DNA from: Piromyces finnis finn
Lineage: Eukaryota > Fungi > Neocallimastigomycota
NCBI GenBank assembly: GCA_002104945.1
Contig: MCFH01000021.1
Location: 372,001-436,000, forward strand
Direction of reading: 5' to 3'
DNA length: 64,000 nt
The translations under genes and the position numbers were made by a program. Below the pieces are notes generated by a model. The model saw only the letters and a list, made by a program, of their open reading frames with translations, did no database searches and had not been told where the DNA came from. Shown here one piece after another: positions 40,628 through 55,500 of the stretch (positions within the stretch are counted from its first letter, which is position 1; the number at the start of each line of letters is the position of its first letter).

Positions 40628-41387
40628 ATTATATATTATACTTTTTTATTAGATATTTTTTTTTCTTATTTTTTATTATTATTATTATTTTTTTTTTTTT
40701 TTTTTTTTACTTTCTATTATTAATTATTGTTTATTAGTAAAATTATTAATACAAATAATTAATAATTATGAATATAATAAAAATAATGATAAGTAAATAA
40801 TAGTAATAAAAAGTAAAAGTATATAAATTTAATTTGAATAATACAAGAAAACTAGAAGAAAAAATTATTTTTTTTTATATTTAAAAGATTTTTGGTCTAT
40901 AGTTTTTATATATACATATCAATGTATATTTTTTTTAAATGAAAATAATTTTTTAAAATTAAAAAAAAAAAAAAAAAAAAATAGATAAATAAATAAATAA
41001 TTAATATTTAATCATTACATTATTATTTATTTATATATACATTTTTTTTTTTTATATTATATATATATATTTAATTTTTAAGAATAAAGTAAATTATTAA
41101 AAATGAACAAAAAAGTATATAAATAAAAAAAATAAAAAAATAAATTGTTTTAATTACCATGTAACATTAAAGAAAAAGATTAAAAAAGGCAAATATAAAT
41201 TTCATTTTACATAATTTTTTTTTTTTTTTAATTATTAATAGTAATTTATTGGTAAATTAAAATATATATATATTAATTATACAAATTATTATTTTAATTG
41301 TTTTTATTATGTATATAATTTTATATTATTGATAGAATTATTGATATATTTTTTTGAAAAAAAAAAAAAAAAAAAGTTAAACTTTTT

Positions 41388-43046
41388 TTAAGATTCATCA
41401 ACTTCTTCATTTTCATATTCATAGGCAATCCAAAATTTTCGTTGTTGCTCGTCAATATTTAAATCAATAATATCAAAATAACGTGATTTTTGTGGGTTTT
41501 GATCACTTCTAAAATCCCAGACAGCCAATGAACTTTCCTGTTCGTATTGAATTGTAGTATAAATAAAAGAATAGTCGGTACTAAATTCTGCGAAATTTAA
41601 TTCACAAAATAAATCGTCCATTCGAAGAGTAGGAAGGTGAAGATCGAGTTTTTCTAATGCCCTTGCTTCTGATAAATTATACAAAAGCTTTCCTGTTTCT
41701 AATGACCAGATACTTAATTTATTTCTCTTTGGACCATTCGTCATTAAAAGATGACTATTAATAGCTAGTGTGAATGGATATTGAGATTGACGAGCAATGA
41801 TATCTTCTAAATCTTCTTCATTATTTTCATTTTCATCTTCAATTTGGGGTGGTAAACTAATATCCTCATTAATATTTCCTTCTTCCATTCTTTGAAATTC
41901 ACCTTCTTCATCTTCTTCTTCGGTTAGAGGATCTGTACTAGTGCTATTGTTAGGGTTAGGCATCATCATTTCTTGAGTTTCTTCTTCCAATAAGGGATGT
42001 AATTGATGAGATACAGGTTGATTTTGTGGAGGATAAAGATAATTTTGATATTCATCATCTTCTTCTATGGAAGAAGAACGTTGATTAATTATAGCTAATA
42101 TTTGATCAATATTGGATGAATCATTATCTATATTTTCATGTTCATCATCACTTTGATCATTAAACACATTTCCAGAGGTGGTTGAAGCAACATTTAAACG
42201 TTGTCTAAATAAATGAAACATTTCTTGTGCTCTTTGATTTTGAGGATGGTACATGATATTAACACATTTATTTTTAGAAATATCATATATAAAATATATA
42301 CTACTTTGAAGAGCAAAAGCAATATAATCATTCCAAAGAGCAACATTTGTGAAATTTTCTTCTTCATTTGGATTAATAAATTCTTTTGGAATTTTATATG
42401 AAGTAATTAGTTCTCCTGTATTAATATTCCATACCATAATTAAACCTTTACTATTCGTTGCTACCATTCTATCACGGTGAACACTCATAGAGATTATAAG
42501 TCCTTTGGTGTGAAAATTAAATTGTATATAAATTTTAATATATAAATAAGCCGTAATAATAATAAAAAATGTTAATTAGATAGTATTTCTAGTTAATTTA
42601 ACAACTGTAATTATAGTACTTTTTTTTTTCTAGTTTACTTAATTCATTATATAAAATTATAATTTTTTTTATATTACCTAAAGAATCTTTAACATTAATT
42701 TTTCTTTTAATTGAAAAGTTTCTTATATCCCATATAATAACTAATGAATTTAAATCAAAGGATACAATATAGTGTTGGTGATTTGATAATACAAGACCAA
42801 TTTCTCCATCATGTCCTTTCAAACGACAGACATTTTTTCTAGTATTAATATCATAGACTTGAATTTCTCTAAAATTGAAAATCCAAAAGAGATAATGATT
42901 ACAGATAGTAACAGTATAAGGTTCAGAAAGTCCATATGGCCAAACCATTAAATAATTCTTTTTAGATTTTTTTTCTTGATTATACCCTAATACTAATTGT
43001 AAATTTTATTTTATATATTATTATATCAATAATGTTTATTTTAATT

Positions 43047-43083
<37 letters not shown>

Positions 43084-44284
43084 CTTACCATTTGAAAATT
43101 TATTTAATAATGAAACTTTAGAAAAATAGGATGAAAAATTAGAATTATGTGGAGGAGGAGGAGGAGGAGAAGAAGAAGAAGAAGATGATGATGATGATGA
43201 ATAATTATAGTAGTCATCGTCTTCTATTAAATTATATAATGAAGTTGAATCATCAATAGTTTCCATGTTTTCTTCTAAAGTTTGATCCAGTAATTTTGAT
43301 GTTTCAGGTGAGGAAGGTAAATCAGTCAAAGAAGTTGAAGATGCTGTAGGATAATCATTATTTTTATTTTTATTGTTATTATCTACTGAAGAATAACTTG
43401 ACAATGAATCTACCGGGGATATAATGTTATTAGATGGGATAGTATCAATATTTTTCTTTTGTGATAAAGTTGCTTCATTACTACTTATTTTTGGATAAGG
43501 AAATGGATAATAGGATGAAGATTGGGAAATAACTGAATTTGCGAAAGCATAAGGATTTATATTTAAATAGGTTTGACTGAAACGCTTTTTCTTTTGTATT
43601 TCACCTAATTGAAATGGCTGATGATGTGTGGTAAAATAGTACTTTTCATGATGCATATTATAATTAAGGAGAAATAGTTCTTTCCATTGAACTTCATATA
43701 TACAATGTGATAAATTATTTGCATATTTTTTATGATCCAACCCCCAATAACGTTTGCAAAGTTGTCTCCATATTAATTGTTCATTTGTTTCAATTAAAGA
43801 TTTCCATTCTTTACAAGTTTGTTTTGCATTTCCTAAAGATTTTAGATCGAGATTTTGAAGACATTTAAGAATAATATCTTTGAAAAGTTTATTCTTATTA
43901 TTTTTTTATTTGTTATTATTATTTTTGTATTATATTTTTTTATTTTTTGTTTGTTTGTTTTAATTTATTTTAAATAATAGTATTTAAATATACAGTTATA
44001 TAAAAAATGTTAAAATCTATACAATAAATAGTTCAAAATAAGTTTTCGTATATACTTTATTTAATAAGTATATATATTACCTTTTTAAGGTTATTAGATT
44101 TTTTAAGTATTCCTTGTTCACCAATACTCTTTTGTTTTCCTATTGTTTTATTTTTATGAAAAAAACGATGACTAATTCCTTTTAAAAAAAAATTTAACTT
44201 TTTCATGGATTTCTTCGATTCACTTGAATTCGAATGATTTCTTGAATCCGAATGATTGAATCTATTATTAACATTTTCTTTCAT
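41388..44284 (-). CDS. F-box protein with C-terminal WD40-like repeats (4 exons)
   Basis: Exon 2 starts NKLFKDIILKCLQNLDLKSLGNAKQTCKEWKSLIETNEQLIWRQLCKRYW (F-box). Later exons have LKGHDGEIGLV..SFDLNSLVIIWD, LIMVWN, LSIWS and LAVWDF. Phase-consistent introns at 44080..43894, 43088..~42988 and ~42677..42507. Confidence 0.8.
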
Positions 44285-46345
44285 ATTTGGAATTATATAT
44301 TTGGTATTTTATAAATAATATATCAAAGATATTCTTAAATGTAAATAATAATAAATGGTTGTATATTTTATTAATACTAAGATATATAACTATTTTATAT
44401 ATTTTTAATAAATGTATCGAAATTTATAATCTATAATATATAAAATGTTGAATTCTAAATTATAATATGTTTTTATAATAATATAACATAATATTGTAAT
44501 ACAAAAATAAAATAACAATCGAATGTTAACAAGCTGTAATTGAATATGTTTATTGAAATTTTAATTTAAAATCATACAATTGAATTATAAAATTTAAGGT
44601 ATAGAATAAGAAAAGAATTAAGTTGAATATAAAATATTTTCTTTCTTTTGTGATATATTTATAATAAAATATATTGTGAAATTTTTAATTCACTATAATA
44701 TTGAATATATATAAATATTTAATTGTTTATGTGATTTTATTATATATATTATAATAAAGATGACGATAATGAGTATTTCTGAACGAGGAAATTATTTTTA
44801 AAAGAATGTGTTTTATCAATTTACTTTCTTTTAAAAATAATTTTCCTACCGAACAGGTTATTGTAATTTTAAAATATTAATTTTTTAAATGTTTCGAAAA
44901 AAAAATTATTATTTTTTTTCTTTATTTATATGTTGTTTTTAATTTGGCAATATATAAATTAAAAAAAGTGAAACTATTTAGCTTTATAATTTATTTATTT
45001 TTTTCTTAAAGATAAAAAAAATCACAATGAAAATATGAACAAAAAAGTTTTTTTTTTTTTTTAAATAATATTTACTAATTCAAAAAAAAAAAAACAAAAA
45101 AAAAAGAAAATTTATTAATAAGACTTATATAATAATAAGCGTTTATATAAATGAAATAACTAATAATGTTTAATAATATTGTGGTTTTAGATATTTATTA
45201 ATTATATCTAAAGTATAAACAACCAAAACAAAAATGTTTGTTTCCTATAAAAGAATATGATAAATTTAGTAATATATTAATATAATATATTAATATATAA
45301 TCCAATAAACAGAAAGTGATTGGATTGAATTAATTAATTTTAATATAATAAATGAATAAAAACTTATTTAATAAAACTAGTTAATAAATGTTTATTATAA
45401 AAATATGTTTAAAACAAACAAAAAGTGTTCTAATTTTATATACAGGTTTAATGCATATTAAAATGCTATTTTATATTTTATAGTAAAGTTAATATTTTTT
45501 ATACATAATTTTATTTTCATGTTATAACTTTGAATTATAACTTATATGTATCATCCCTAAAACATTGATATTAATTTATAAATTAAATCATTTTTAATAT
45601 AACAAATATATAATTATACATTTTAGGTTGTACAAAAAATATGAAATATTAAATTAAGAAATAATCTTATATTATTAACAAAATGATAAGAAATAAAATT
45701 TTAAATTTTTTATTTTAATGATTATATGTCTAAGGAAAATGTAAGTAATAAATATAAAGAGGTTTAATAATAATATTTATAAGAGTAAATTCAAAATAAT
45801 ATATAATTAAGTTTAAATACATTTAATCTAATAAATAAAAAATCCTTATTCTATATTGCTTTAACACTGAATTGTTTTTGAATTGTTTTTTCTGACTCAG
45901 AGATATTTTAAACTATTCTTAATTTTTTGTTAAGCTGATCATTTTATTAATAGTATTGAACCATTACTAATTTAGAGACAGCTAACACGAACCTTAAAGT
46001 CAGTTTTAACAATTATCTGTAACTTTCAATTATATCTATATACCTCAACTATTCTTATATTCCAAATTTATAATCAAATAAATACTACTTTATTCTTTGA
46101 ATTAATCAAATTAATTTATCATTGAGATTTAAAAGGATATTTAATAAATTGTTTAGTAGCTATTAGAAAAAAAACTATTCATACCTTTATAGTTATAAAA
46201 TTATACAAAAAAATTAATCGTGAGATCTTCATATATTAAATCATTATTAGTTAATATTTATTATAAGAATATAATAATTTACATTAAAATTATATAAAAA
46301 GTATCAATATTTAAAATTATAAGTAATGTAGAATTTAAAATATAT

Positions 46346-47812
46346 TTAACAATAATTATCAATATATTCATTTCTTCTTTTAATTATAGCTTTCCATTCG
46401 TATTCATCATTAGCATTATAATCTAATTGTTGGCCCATTTTAAAATATTTTTCTCTGCTTAATTTATTAAGTAAATACCCGTACTCTTTTCCATTCATAT
46501 TTCCAATAGGATTATTTTTAATAATATTTGTAGACCATGCTGGTCCATGATGAATTACTAAATCAAGACATATATAAAAGGCTGGTTGTGGAAGGTTTGA
46601 ACATCCTCCTTTTCCAGCATATTGTTCATCATATAACTTTTCTACTGCATTTATGAAGTTTTCCTTATTCAATTTATAAGCACAATGGACAAAATAAGCC
46701 TTACCATATTTACAGGTTTCAACAGCATAAGCAAAATAAGTTTCTCGATTAGCATAACCTAGAGATGGTGTAACACCTAAACAAGTATATCCTATTTCAT
46801 CATCAAAATAATTATCCATATCTGTTGGATTATTTTGGCATACACCCTTATTCTTTAATAATTCAGAGAGAGCTTCATAAATTTTAGAATCTCCAGAATT
46901 TGTAAAAGTATGATTAGAGGAAGTAGGGCAATTATATATATTTGTAATCGTTGTTTTATTTGAATTTTGAATTTGTTCCGACCAAGTTTGTATTTGTTGA
47001 GATATTTCATTTGTATTATTATATATAAATGATGCAGTAATATTATCATTTAAAGTGGATATCGTAGTTGGGAATGATTTTATTGATGTAATTTGTATGT
47101 TAGTATGAGAAATAATTGAATTATGAGTGTAATATTTGAAATATTTAAAAGTTTTCGTTTTTAAAGTTTTAATATAATAATTATATGTTTTAGTTTTTTT
47201 TGAAGTTTGAATATATACTTTATTAGTAGTTATTTTTGATGACCAATTTAAGTTTTTAAATGTTGAAATTTTTGACGGTTGATATATGGATAATTTTTTT
47301 CTATCAATTCTATTATACGGATATAATTTTTTATTTTTTTTTAATGAATATAATTGTGTTTTTTTATTTTTTAAATAATTTTTTTTAGTATTGTAATAAT
47401 TATTTAATTCATTGTAATACAAATTATTACTCTGTTTTTTAGTTAATGATGGATTATTTTTAATAAAAGAAGTATGATTATCATCTTTTATACAACATTG
47501 ATAATTATTTCCTCCTGGGCATGCTCCTATATATGATGTTCCTTTACATTCTGAAGTAAACATGCAAGAGCCTTCACTACCATCTACATAACATTTCTTT
47601 TTAATACAACATTTAATTGAAGATGAATCACCTGAACATAATCCATCCACAGTTGTTCCACCAACATCTTCACAATCTTTGATACCTACACATATTCCAT
47701 TACCAGATGAACATTTATTATTAATTTCAGCTGATCCAAATGATAATAGTATTCCAATTCCTAATAACAATATATTTTTTAAATTTAGTATATTTATATA
47801 GATCATTTCCAA
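46346..47812 (-). CDS. Intronless secreted protein: signal peptide, two 6-Cys modules, K/N/Y/T-rich linker and a GH108-like lysozyme domain
   Basis: Hydrophobic N-terminus (ILLLGIGILLSFGSA). Modules C..G.C.....C...G....GLC.G.....CC twice. C-terminal NNPTDMDN..GYTCLGVT..LYDEQY..LPQPAFYICLDLVIHHGP..WKAIIKRR parallels GH108 (P.D.GG.T..GIT, Y...Y, lP......fD.avn.G, GW..R). Confidence 0.72.
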   Translation of the reverse strand: MEMIYINILNLKNILLLGIGILLSFGSAEINNKCSSGNGICVGIKDCEDVGGTTVDGLCSGDSSSIKCCIKKKCYVDGSEGSCMFTSECKGTSYIGACPGGNNYQCCIKDDNHTSFIKNNPSLTKKQSNNLYYNELNNYYNTKKNYLKNKKTQLYSLKKNKKLYPYNRIDRKKLSIYQPSKISTFKNLNWSSKITTNKVYIQTSKKTKTYNYYIKTLKTKTFKYFKYYTHNSIISHTNIQITSIKSFPTTISTLNDNITASFIYNNTNEISQQIQTWSEQIQNSNKTTITNIYNCPTSSNHTFTNSGDSKIYEALSELLKNKGVCQNNPTDMDNYFDDEIGYTCLGVTPSLGYANRETYFAYAVETCKYGKAYFVHCAYKLNKENFINAVEKLYDEQYAGKGGCSNLPQPAFYICLDLVIHHGPAWSTNIIKNNPIGNMNGKEYGYLLNKLSREKYFKMGQQLDYNANDEYEWKAIIKRRNEYIDNYC

Positions 47813-49501
47813 AAATATATATTTCTCTTTTTTAAAAAAAAATTAAGTATAATAAAAACAAAAATATATATTAAACTTTTGTCAATCACTCATCCTATTA
47901 TATTATATATTGTATTATTGTATTTTAGATTTTTTCCAAAAATATTATTTGTTCATTATTAATTTTGAAATAATTTTATTTTTAAATTAATAATGTATTT
48001 GTAAATTTTAAACTTTTTTTTTTATTTTAAATTATCCAATGCTTATTATTATTGTAATATAGAATTTTCAAATAAAAAATGATTATTTATATGTCTTTCT
48101 TAATTAATAAATCTTCCATTTCAACTTTTCATACACATTTATAATATATTTATAAATAATATAAAAGATATAATTATATTGTATAAATTGTGAATAAATA
48201 AATTTTTAAAATGTTAATGTAAAATTTATGTAGGTTAATACATTAATATATGCTAATCCATGTGCATACTATATTATACTATTCTTTTTTTTTTTTTTTG
48301 ATATTAATTATAATTTATATTACGGACTTTTTTATTTCCTTTTCATTATTAATTTAATATATTTCTATATTTAATTATATTCTTTTTTTTCTATATTAAT
48401 ATATATATTTTTTGGAATATTCATTAAATATTGCTAATTATTTATTTATTATTAATTATTGATTTTTAATATTATTAATGCATAGAAAAATTAAAAATAA
48501 TTAGGAATAATTTTTAATATACTCTATTTTTTTTTTATTCCCTTTAAATTATTATAAATATTTCACCTTTTTATAAAATATAGGAAAGATTTTTTTTATA
48601 TTTTATAAAAATTAATTTTTAGTGAATAGTAAATAACATTTTAATATTGAATATTTTTATTTATATATAAAAAAATATTAAATTGTTGTTTAATATTTCC
48701 TTAAAAAAAAAATAGTAAATTTTTAAATTATCATTATTTTTTTTTTTAAAAAAATATATAACATATATAGTATTCTCACTGTATTAAACAAATTATTATA
48801 AAAAGAAGTGATATAAAAAAGAAAAAATAATTCAAATTTAAAATAAAATTAAAGAATATTTATTAATAATAATAGGGAAAGAAAATTACTTCAATATATA
48901 TTATTATTCTTTTAAATAATAGAATTCCCAATATTTTAATCAACTTTATTTACTTTTAAAATAATAACATCACTTTAAAATCAAAATAAAAAAGGAAGTT
49001 GTATTATTTGAACTAAAATATTGCATACTTTTTTTATTTTGAAAAAACAATTTATAAATATATTACTTCATATAAGTAAATTCATAAAATACAAATTTTC
49101 AATTATTTAAATTATCTTTTTTATTTTTCAAAAAGAATAAAGATAAATAATTAGAAGTTTTTAATATATAAACTATAATATTTAACAAAAGTAACGGTTC
49201 AATAAAGAATAATAAATTTAGTTTTATTATCATTTTTCAAGAATTTATATTTTCAAATTTATTGTAGATTACTGATTTAAGTTTTATAATAAAGAATAAA
49301 AACGACAAATAACAAACATCATTAATTAAAATATTATAGCTTTAAAGGATCAATATTAAGAGGTAACAATAGAAAAAAGAAAGAAAAAAAACGAGAAAAA
49401 AAATATTTAACACATTTTATTTATATTACTCATTTTATATTAATATAATTATTTTTTTTCTTTTTTTTTCTCAAATTTTTCTTAAATTAAAAATAGTAAA
49501 G

Positions 49502-52500
49502 ATGGGTATTCCAAAGTTTTTCAGATGGATTAGGTATATTTTAATATATTAATATTTAAAATTAGAGTTTTTTGTTTTTAATATATATCTCCATTTTGCT
49601 AGTTTTGACATGTTCATAAGAATATACTAATTAATTTTTTAATTATATTTAAATAATCAAGTGAAAGATATCCATTATGTAGTCAACTTGTGGAAGAAAA
49701 TAAAATTCCAGAATTTGGTATATATTAATAATAGATGAAACATTACAGAAAAAAAAAAAAAATATTTATTAAAAATTTGGATAATTAATTTTAAAAATGT
49801 ATTTTCCATCTTTGTATATACTTGATTCAATAAATTATAATAAAAATGAATGAAATATAGATAATTTATATTTAGATATGAATGGTGTGATTCACAACTG
49901 TTCACACCCAAAGGTAGACGATGCGAAGTTTCGAATCACTGAAGAACAAATTTACATTGGTATTTTCCATTATGTTGAAATGTTATTCTCAAAAATTAAA
50001 CCAAAAAACACATTTTTCATTGCTGTTGATGGTGTTGCTCCAAGAGCAAAAATGAATCAACAAAGATCCCGTCGTTTTCGTGCAGCTCAAACTGCATTAG
50101 AATTAAAACAGGAAGCTTTAGCAAAAGGTGAGGTTTTACCAGATGAAGATCCATTTGATTCTAATTGTATTACACCAGGTACCGAATTTATGGCTAAACT
50201 TTCTGTCCAAATGGATTACTTTATCAAAAAGAAAATGAATGAAGACGCAAATTGGAGAAAAGTTAATGTTATTTTTTCTGGTCATGATGTTCCAGGAGAA
50301 GGTGAACACAAAATTATGGATTATATTAGATACTTAAAGACTCTCCCAGATTACAACCCAAATTTACGTCATTGTATTTATGGTTTAGATTCTGATTTAA
50401 TTGTTCTTTCTTTAATTAGTCATGAACCACATTTTGCACTTCTTCGTGAAGAAATTGTTTTTGGTCGTCAAAAAAAAAGTGACACTAGTAGTGTATTTAA
50501 TTTCGAATCACAACTCTTTTTCCTTCTTCACACAGCTAATTTACGTGAATATATCAATGCTGAATTTACTATGTTAAAGAAAGTTAAAGGATTTGATTTT
50601 GATTTAGAAAAGATTATTGATGATTTTGCTTTAATGACATTCTTTGTTGGTAATGATTTTTTACCTAACTTACCATCATTAGAAATTAATCAAAATGCTT
50701 TTGGTATTCTTTTTGACTTATATAAACAATTAGTTCCAACAATTGGTTATCTTCATGAAAGAGGAAAGCTAAATATTAAGACTTTTGAAATATTTATTAG
50801 CCATTTGAAAAAATACGAATTAGATGTTTATAAAAGTCAACTTATTGATACAGATTTTATGAATGCTAAGAAAAATAAGAACGATGATAAAATGAAATTA
50901 AAGATAGGTATGTATTCCCCCCTTTTTTTTCGATTACCTTGTTAAATAATAATAATAAATATTTTCATTAATTCATTTATTGTAAATATATATATATATA
51001 TTATTTTAATAATTATGATTTATTTTATATTTTATATTTAAATATAAAAATTATAATAAATAATTAGATATGACACCGTATCAAGGAAAGATCTTTGAAA
51101 AAATTAAAAATGGTTATTTAACTGGTAAACCAGAACCATTATCATTATCTACTTTAAGTAAAAAAAATAAGGAATTTACAACAAAATTATGTGATAGAAT
51201 TGGATTAAAATATAGAAATGATGTTAATCAAAATGGTAATAGCTGTCTTGTTATTGATTTTATTGAAAAGCCAGCTGAAGGAGAAGAAACTTTAGCACCA
51301 CCAATGCCATCAAGAGAAACTTTGGATATTATTGCTGCATATGATGCTGTCAAAAAGAGCTTAAACGAAAATACTGGATGTGATGACGCATACAATGATC
51401 CAAATTTCATTCAATGGAAAAAGGACTATTATATGGTAAATCAGTAATCTTAATCTATAATAAATTATAAAATAATAATCCCGTTCGTTTATAAATATAT
51501 TAATTATTTATATATTATATAATATTTTAGACAAAAATGAGTATTGATTATGATAGTGATCAATTAAGACAAATTATTTACCACTACATTGAAGGTATTC
51601 AATGGGTTTTATCATATTATTATGAAGGTATTCCATCATGGGGATGGTTCTTCCCATATCATTATGCTCCAAAAATTTCTGGTAATTATCCCTAAATATT
51701 TTACATATTCAATAGACTTAAAATAATTATAATAATTATATATGTTTGATATTAACTTTAATATCGGGGAATTTGTTTTTTAATAGATATTATTAATGTT
51801 TCTGAATTTGATATAAAATTTGAACTTGGTGATCCATTCCACCCATTTGAACAACTTATGAGTGTTTTACCATCTGCTAGTAAACAATTAATTCCTTCTG
51901 TTTATAGAGTTTGTATTAAAATAAGAATTTAAATATCCTCATATAAACATAGAATTGCTAATTTGAATTCATTTATATATATAATAGGATTTAATGACTA
52001 GTGATTCATCCCCAATTAAACAATTCTATCCAGAAGAATTTTCTGTCGATTTAAATGGTAAAAAAAATAGCTGGGAAGCTATTGTTTTAATTCCATTCAT
52101 TGATCAAGATAAATTAATTGCCGAATTAAAAAGTATTTATAAAGACATTTATAAGATAGAACAATAAAATAAAATAAAACAATATATAAATATATAAATA
52201 TTTATTTTTAATAATATATTATTTTAGAACGTGAAAATCTTTTGAATGATGAAGAAAAACAAAGAAATCAATTTAGAGACGCAATCCTTTATAAGTATAA
52301 CGAAAAATTCACAGCAATGTGTGAATCTCCACTACCAGTTTTCTTCCCAAGTAAAGAAAAATTTTTTAATATATTTATTTTTAATTTATTAATAATAGTA
52401 TATTCATTACCATAACATTTTATTTTATTATTATAATATCATTATTGAAAATTAGGTATTGCTGAATGTCATACTCAATCCAAGTTCTTCAAGCAAAAAA

Positions 52501-55500
52501 GATTAACTTCAAATGAAGTTGTTAAAGAAATTAGTCAAGATTCATTATTAGGAAAGAATTTGTTAGGTGGTTTTCCATGTTTCCAATCTATTCCATTTAC
52601 ACCATCTTTAGAATTACATGGTGTTAAAGTTTTTAACAGTGAAAGTCAGTAAGTAATTGTTTCATTTCTTTAGAATATTGCCTTTTTTTTTTTTTTTTTT
52701 TGTTTTGTAAAAGTAATATAAATACTATAAGATATCATTAATATTAAAAAAAATTATAAAATAATACTATTATAGAAAAGAGTCCATTATTTTAAATGTT
52801 GTTGACTTATTCAAAGATAAATCAGCAGAAAATATTGCTATGGATATGTTATCAAGATCTGTTTATGTTAATTGGCCATTCTTATACGAAGGTTATGTTG
52901 TCAGTATTATGGATGAAAACTTTGAATACTATTTCAATAATGGAGATACTAAAAATTATAAAAACTTAAATAAAAGACAATTATCTGAACGTGATAAAGC
53001 TAACTTCATTCAATCTTCACTAACATTAGAGCATAACTATGATAAAAAGATGGGTGTTGTTATTGGATCAGTTAAATATATTGCAAAGGTTGCATTATTA
53101 AAGGGTATGAAAAGACTCACTGATGGATCATTAGTCAAAGAATATGAAAACTTTGTTAATCAATACGCTCTACAAACTATTGTAAAAGATATTAAGAATA
53201 AAGATACTAGATACATTGAAAAACCACCAGTTGAAGGTTTAAAAGAATTCCCATTAGGTACATCTGTCTTTTTGTTAGAAAATAACCAATACTATGGTTC
53301 ACCAAGTACAGTTGTCGGTTATAATGGTGATAACTTAACCATTGATATAATACCTGATCAAATGAATCAAATTAATAAAGCTCTTAAAGAATTAATTCAA
53401 GTAAGTACTAAGAAGTTACAATATTTACCAAGTTGGCAAGTTGCTAAAGAGTTAGGTATAAGTCCATTATCTTTATCTAGAGTAACTTCATCCTTCTTAA
53501 TTGATTGCAAATCCCATGATAGAAAAGTCAACATAGGTTTAAGTTTAAAATTCGATTTCAAAGAAAAGAAAGTTATTAACTACACTAAAAAAGAAGAAAA
53601 GGGATGGCAATACAGTAACCTTGCTATAGAGCATATTAAGAATTATAAGAAAGCTTTCCCTGAAGTGTTTGAATACTTAGAAAAGTTATCTAACCAAAAT
53701 TTCAAAGATGTCTGTGACACCGATATTTTCCCAGAAGATACAGTTAAAGAAAAAGTTGAACAAATTCAAAAATGGTTAAATGAAAATAAGACTGGCGATG
53801 TTGTTAATATTGAAGTTGAAATTTTAGAAAATGATATTATTTCTAAAATTGAAGATTTGGTTGAATCAAAATCAAAAGAAATCAATGATGGTCAAAAAAC
53901 TTTAAGATTAAAGAATATCAAAAAGAATAAGGTATTAAAGCCATGTCATGCAGAATATCGTCTAAATGATCAGCAATACAGTCTTGGTGATCGTGTTATT
54001 GGTGTTCAAGATTATGAAAACATTCCATTAGGATTAAAAGGTACTGTAATCGCTGTTAAAAAGAATACAATTGATGTCTTGTTTGACCAACAACATATGA
54101 GTTGCTCTGATTTAGGTGGTAGATGTAAAACTTATCGTGGTATGACTGTCCACAAATATTCCGTTTTAAATTTAAGTAATGTTCAACCACCACCAGAATT
54201 AATGAAGGTTGAAAAGCCAACCTTAGCATCAGTTAGTATAAACAACAAAAGAAATAATGATAAGAACAATAATAATTCAAAAGGTACTCCTCCAAAGCAA
54301 TATTTAAGAAAATTTTATAGTTCTGACTACAAGATTGATAAAAAAGAACCAACTACTCAAGAAGAAAAAATTGCTAAACAAAAGTCATTTACCCAAGCTG
54401 TTCCTCCAACTTCTAACCCATGGAACAAAAAAGATAAAGTTTCTATTTTAACAAATCAAAACAAAGGAAAAAATTCTCCAGTAAATGAAAACAAAAAGAA
54501 TAATGGCAAAAAAGAGCAAAACTTAGACTCTATGGCAAATAATATTAAAAAGATGCTAAATATTAATGGTGAAGATAGTAAAAATAACAAGAAAGAAGAA
54601 AAGAAGGGAATGTCTGTTGAAGAACTTGAGAAGAAAATTATCTCTAGTAACGAAAGCCAAGATAAGAATAATATGAATGTTACACAAGCTAGTATTCAAA
54701 TCAAGGCTAATTCCCAAGCTAAAGCACAAGCTCAAAAGCAAGCTTCAAAGCAAGCACATATCGATATTAAAGATGGTATAATCCAAAATGAACCAATTAA
54801 GGAAGAAACTCAAAATTTAAAAGATTTATCTAACAATTTATTAAATATTTTAAGAGATGAAAATGGACATAAAGAGAATGCACCACCACCACCACCACCA
54901 ATGAATGATATTCCTATCATGCCAAATTATTCAATGCCTCCACAATTCTTACTTCCAATGGGTGCACCATCAAACATGCCTAGTATACCAAATATGTTCC
55001 CACCAAATATAGTTCCTCCAAATATGGTTCCTCCAAATATGGTTCCACCAAATATGTATCAAGGAGGTCCACAATTCATGTCACCATTCCTTCCTATCCC
55101 ACCACCACAACCACCACTTGATATTAATATGCAAGCACCATTTAACCCAGCTATGATGAATCCAAACCTCCAAAATAATGCTCAAATTAATGACAATGAA
55201 AATAATGATAATACTAAATTAGAAAATATTAAACAAAATAATACTGCTGATAATACTAAGAATAATAATGGAAACAAAAATAACAATAACAATAGAAACA
55301 ATAACAGAAACAACGGAGGAAATAGAAATAATAATAATAATAATAATAATAGAAATAATTATTATAAGAATAATAGGAACAATAATAATAACAGAAGCAA
55401 CAACAGCAGTAATAATAATGTTAATAATGGAATTGGTGGTAATAGAAATAATAATAATAAAGGTGGTTTTAAGAATAACGGCGGCGGTTATAGAAATAAT

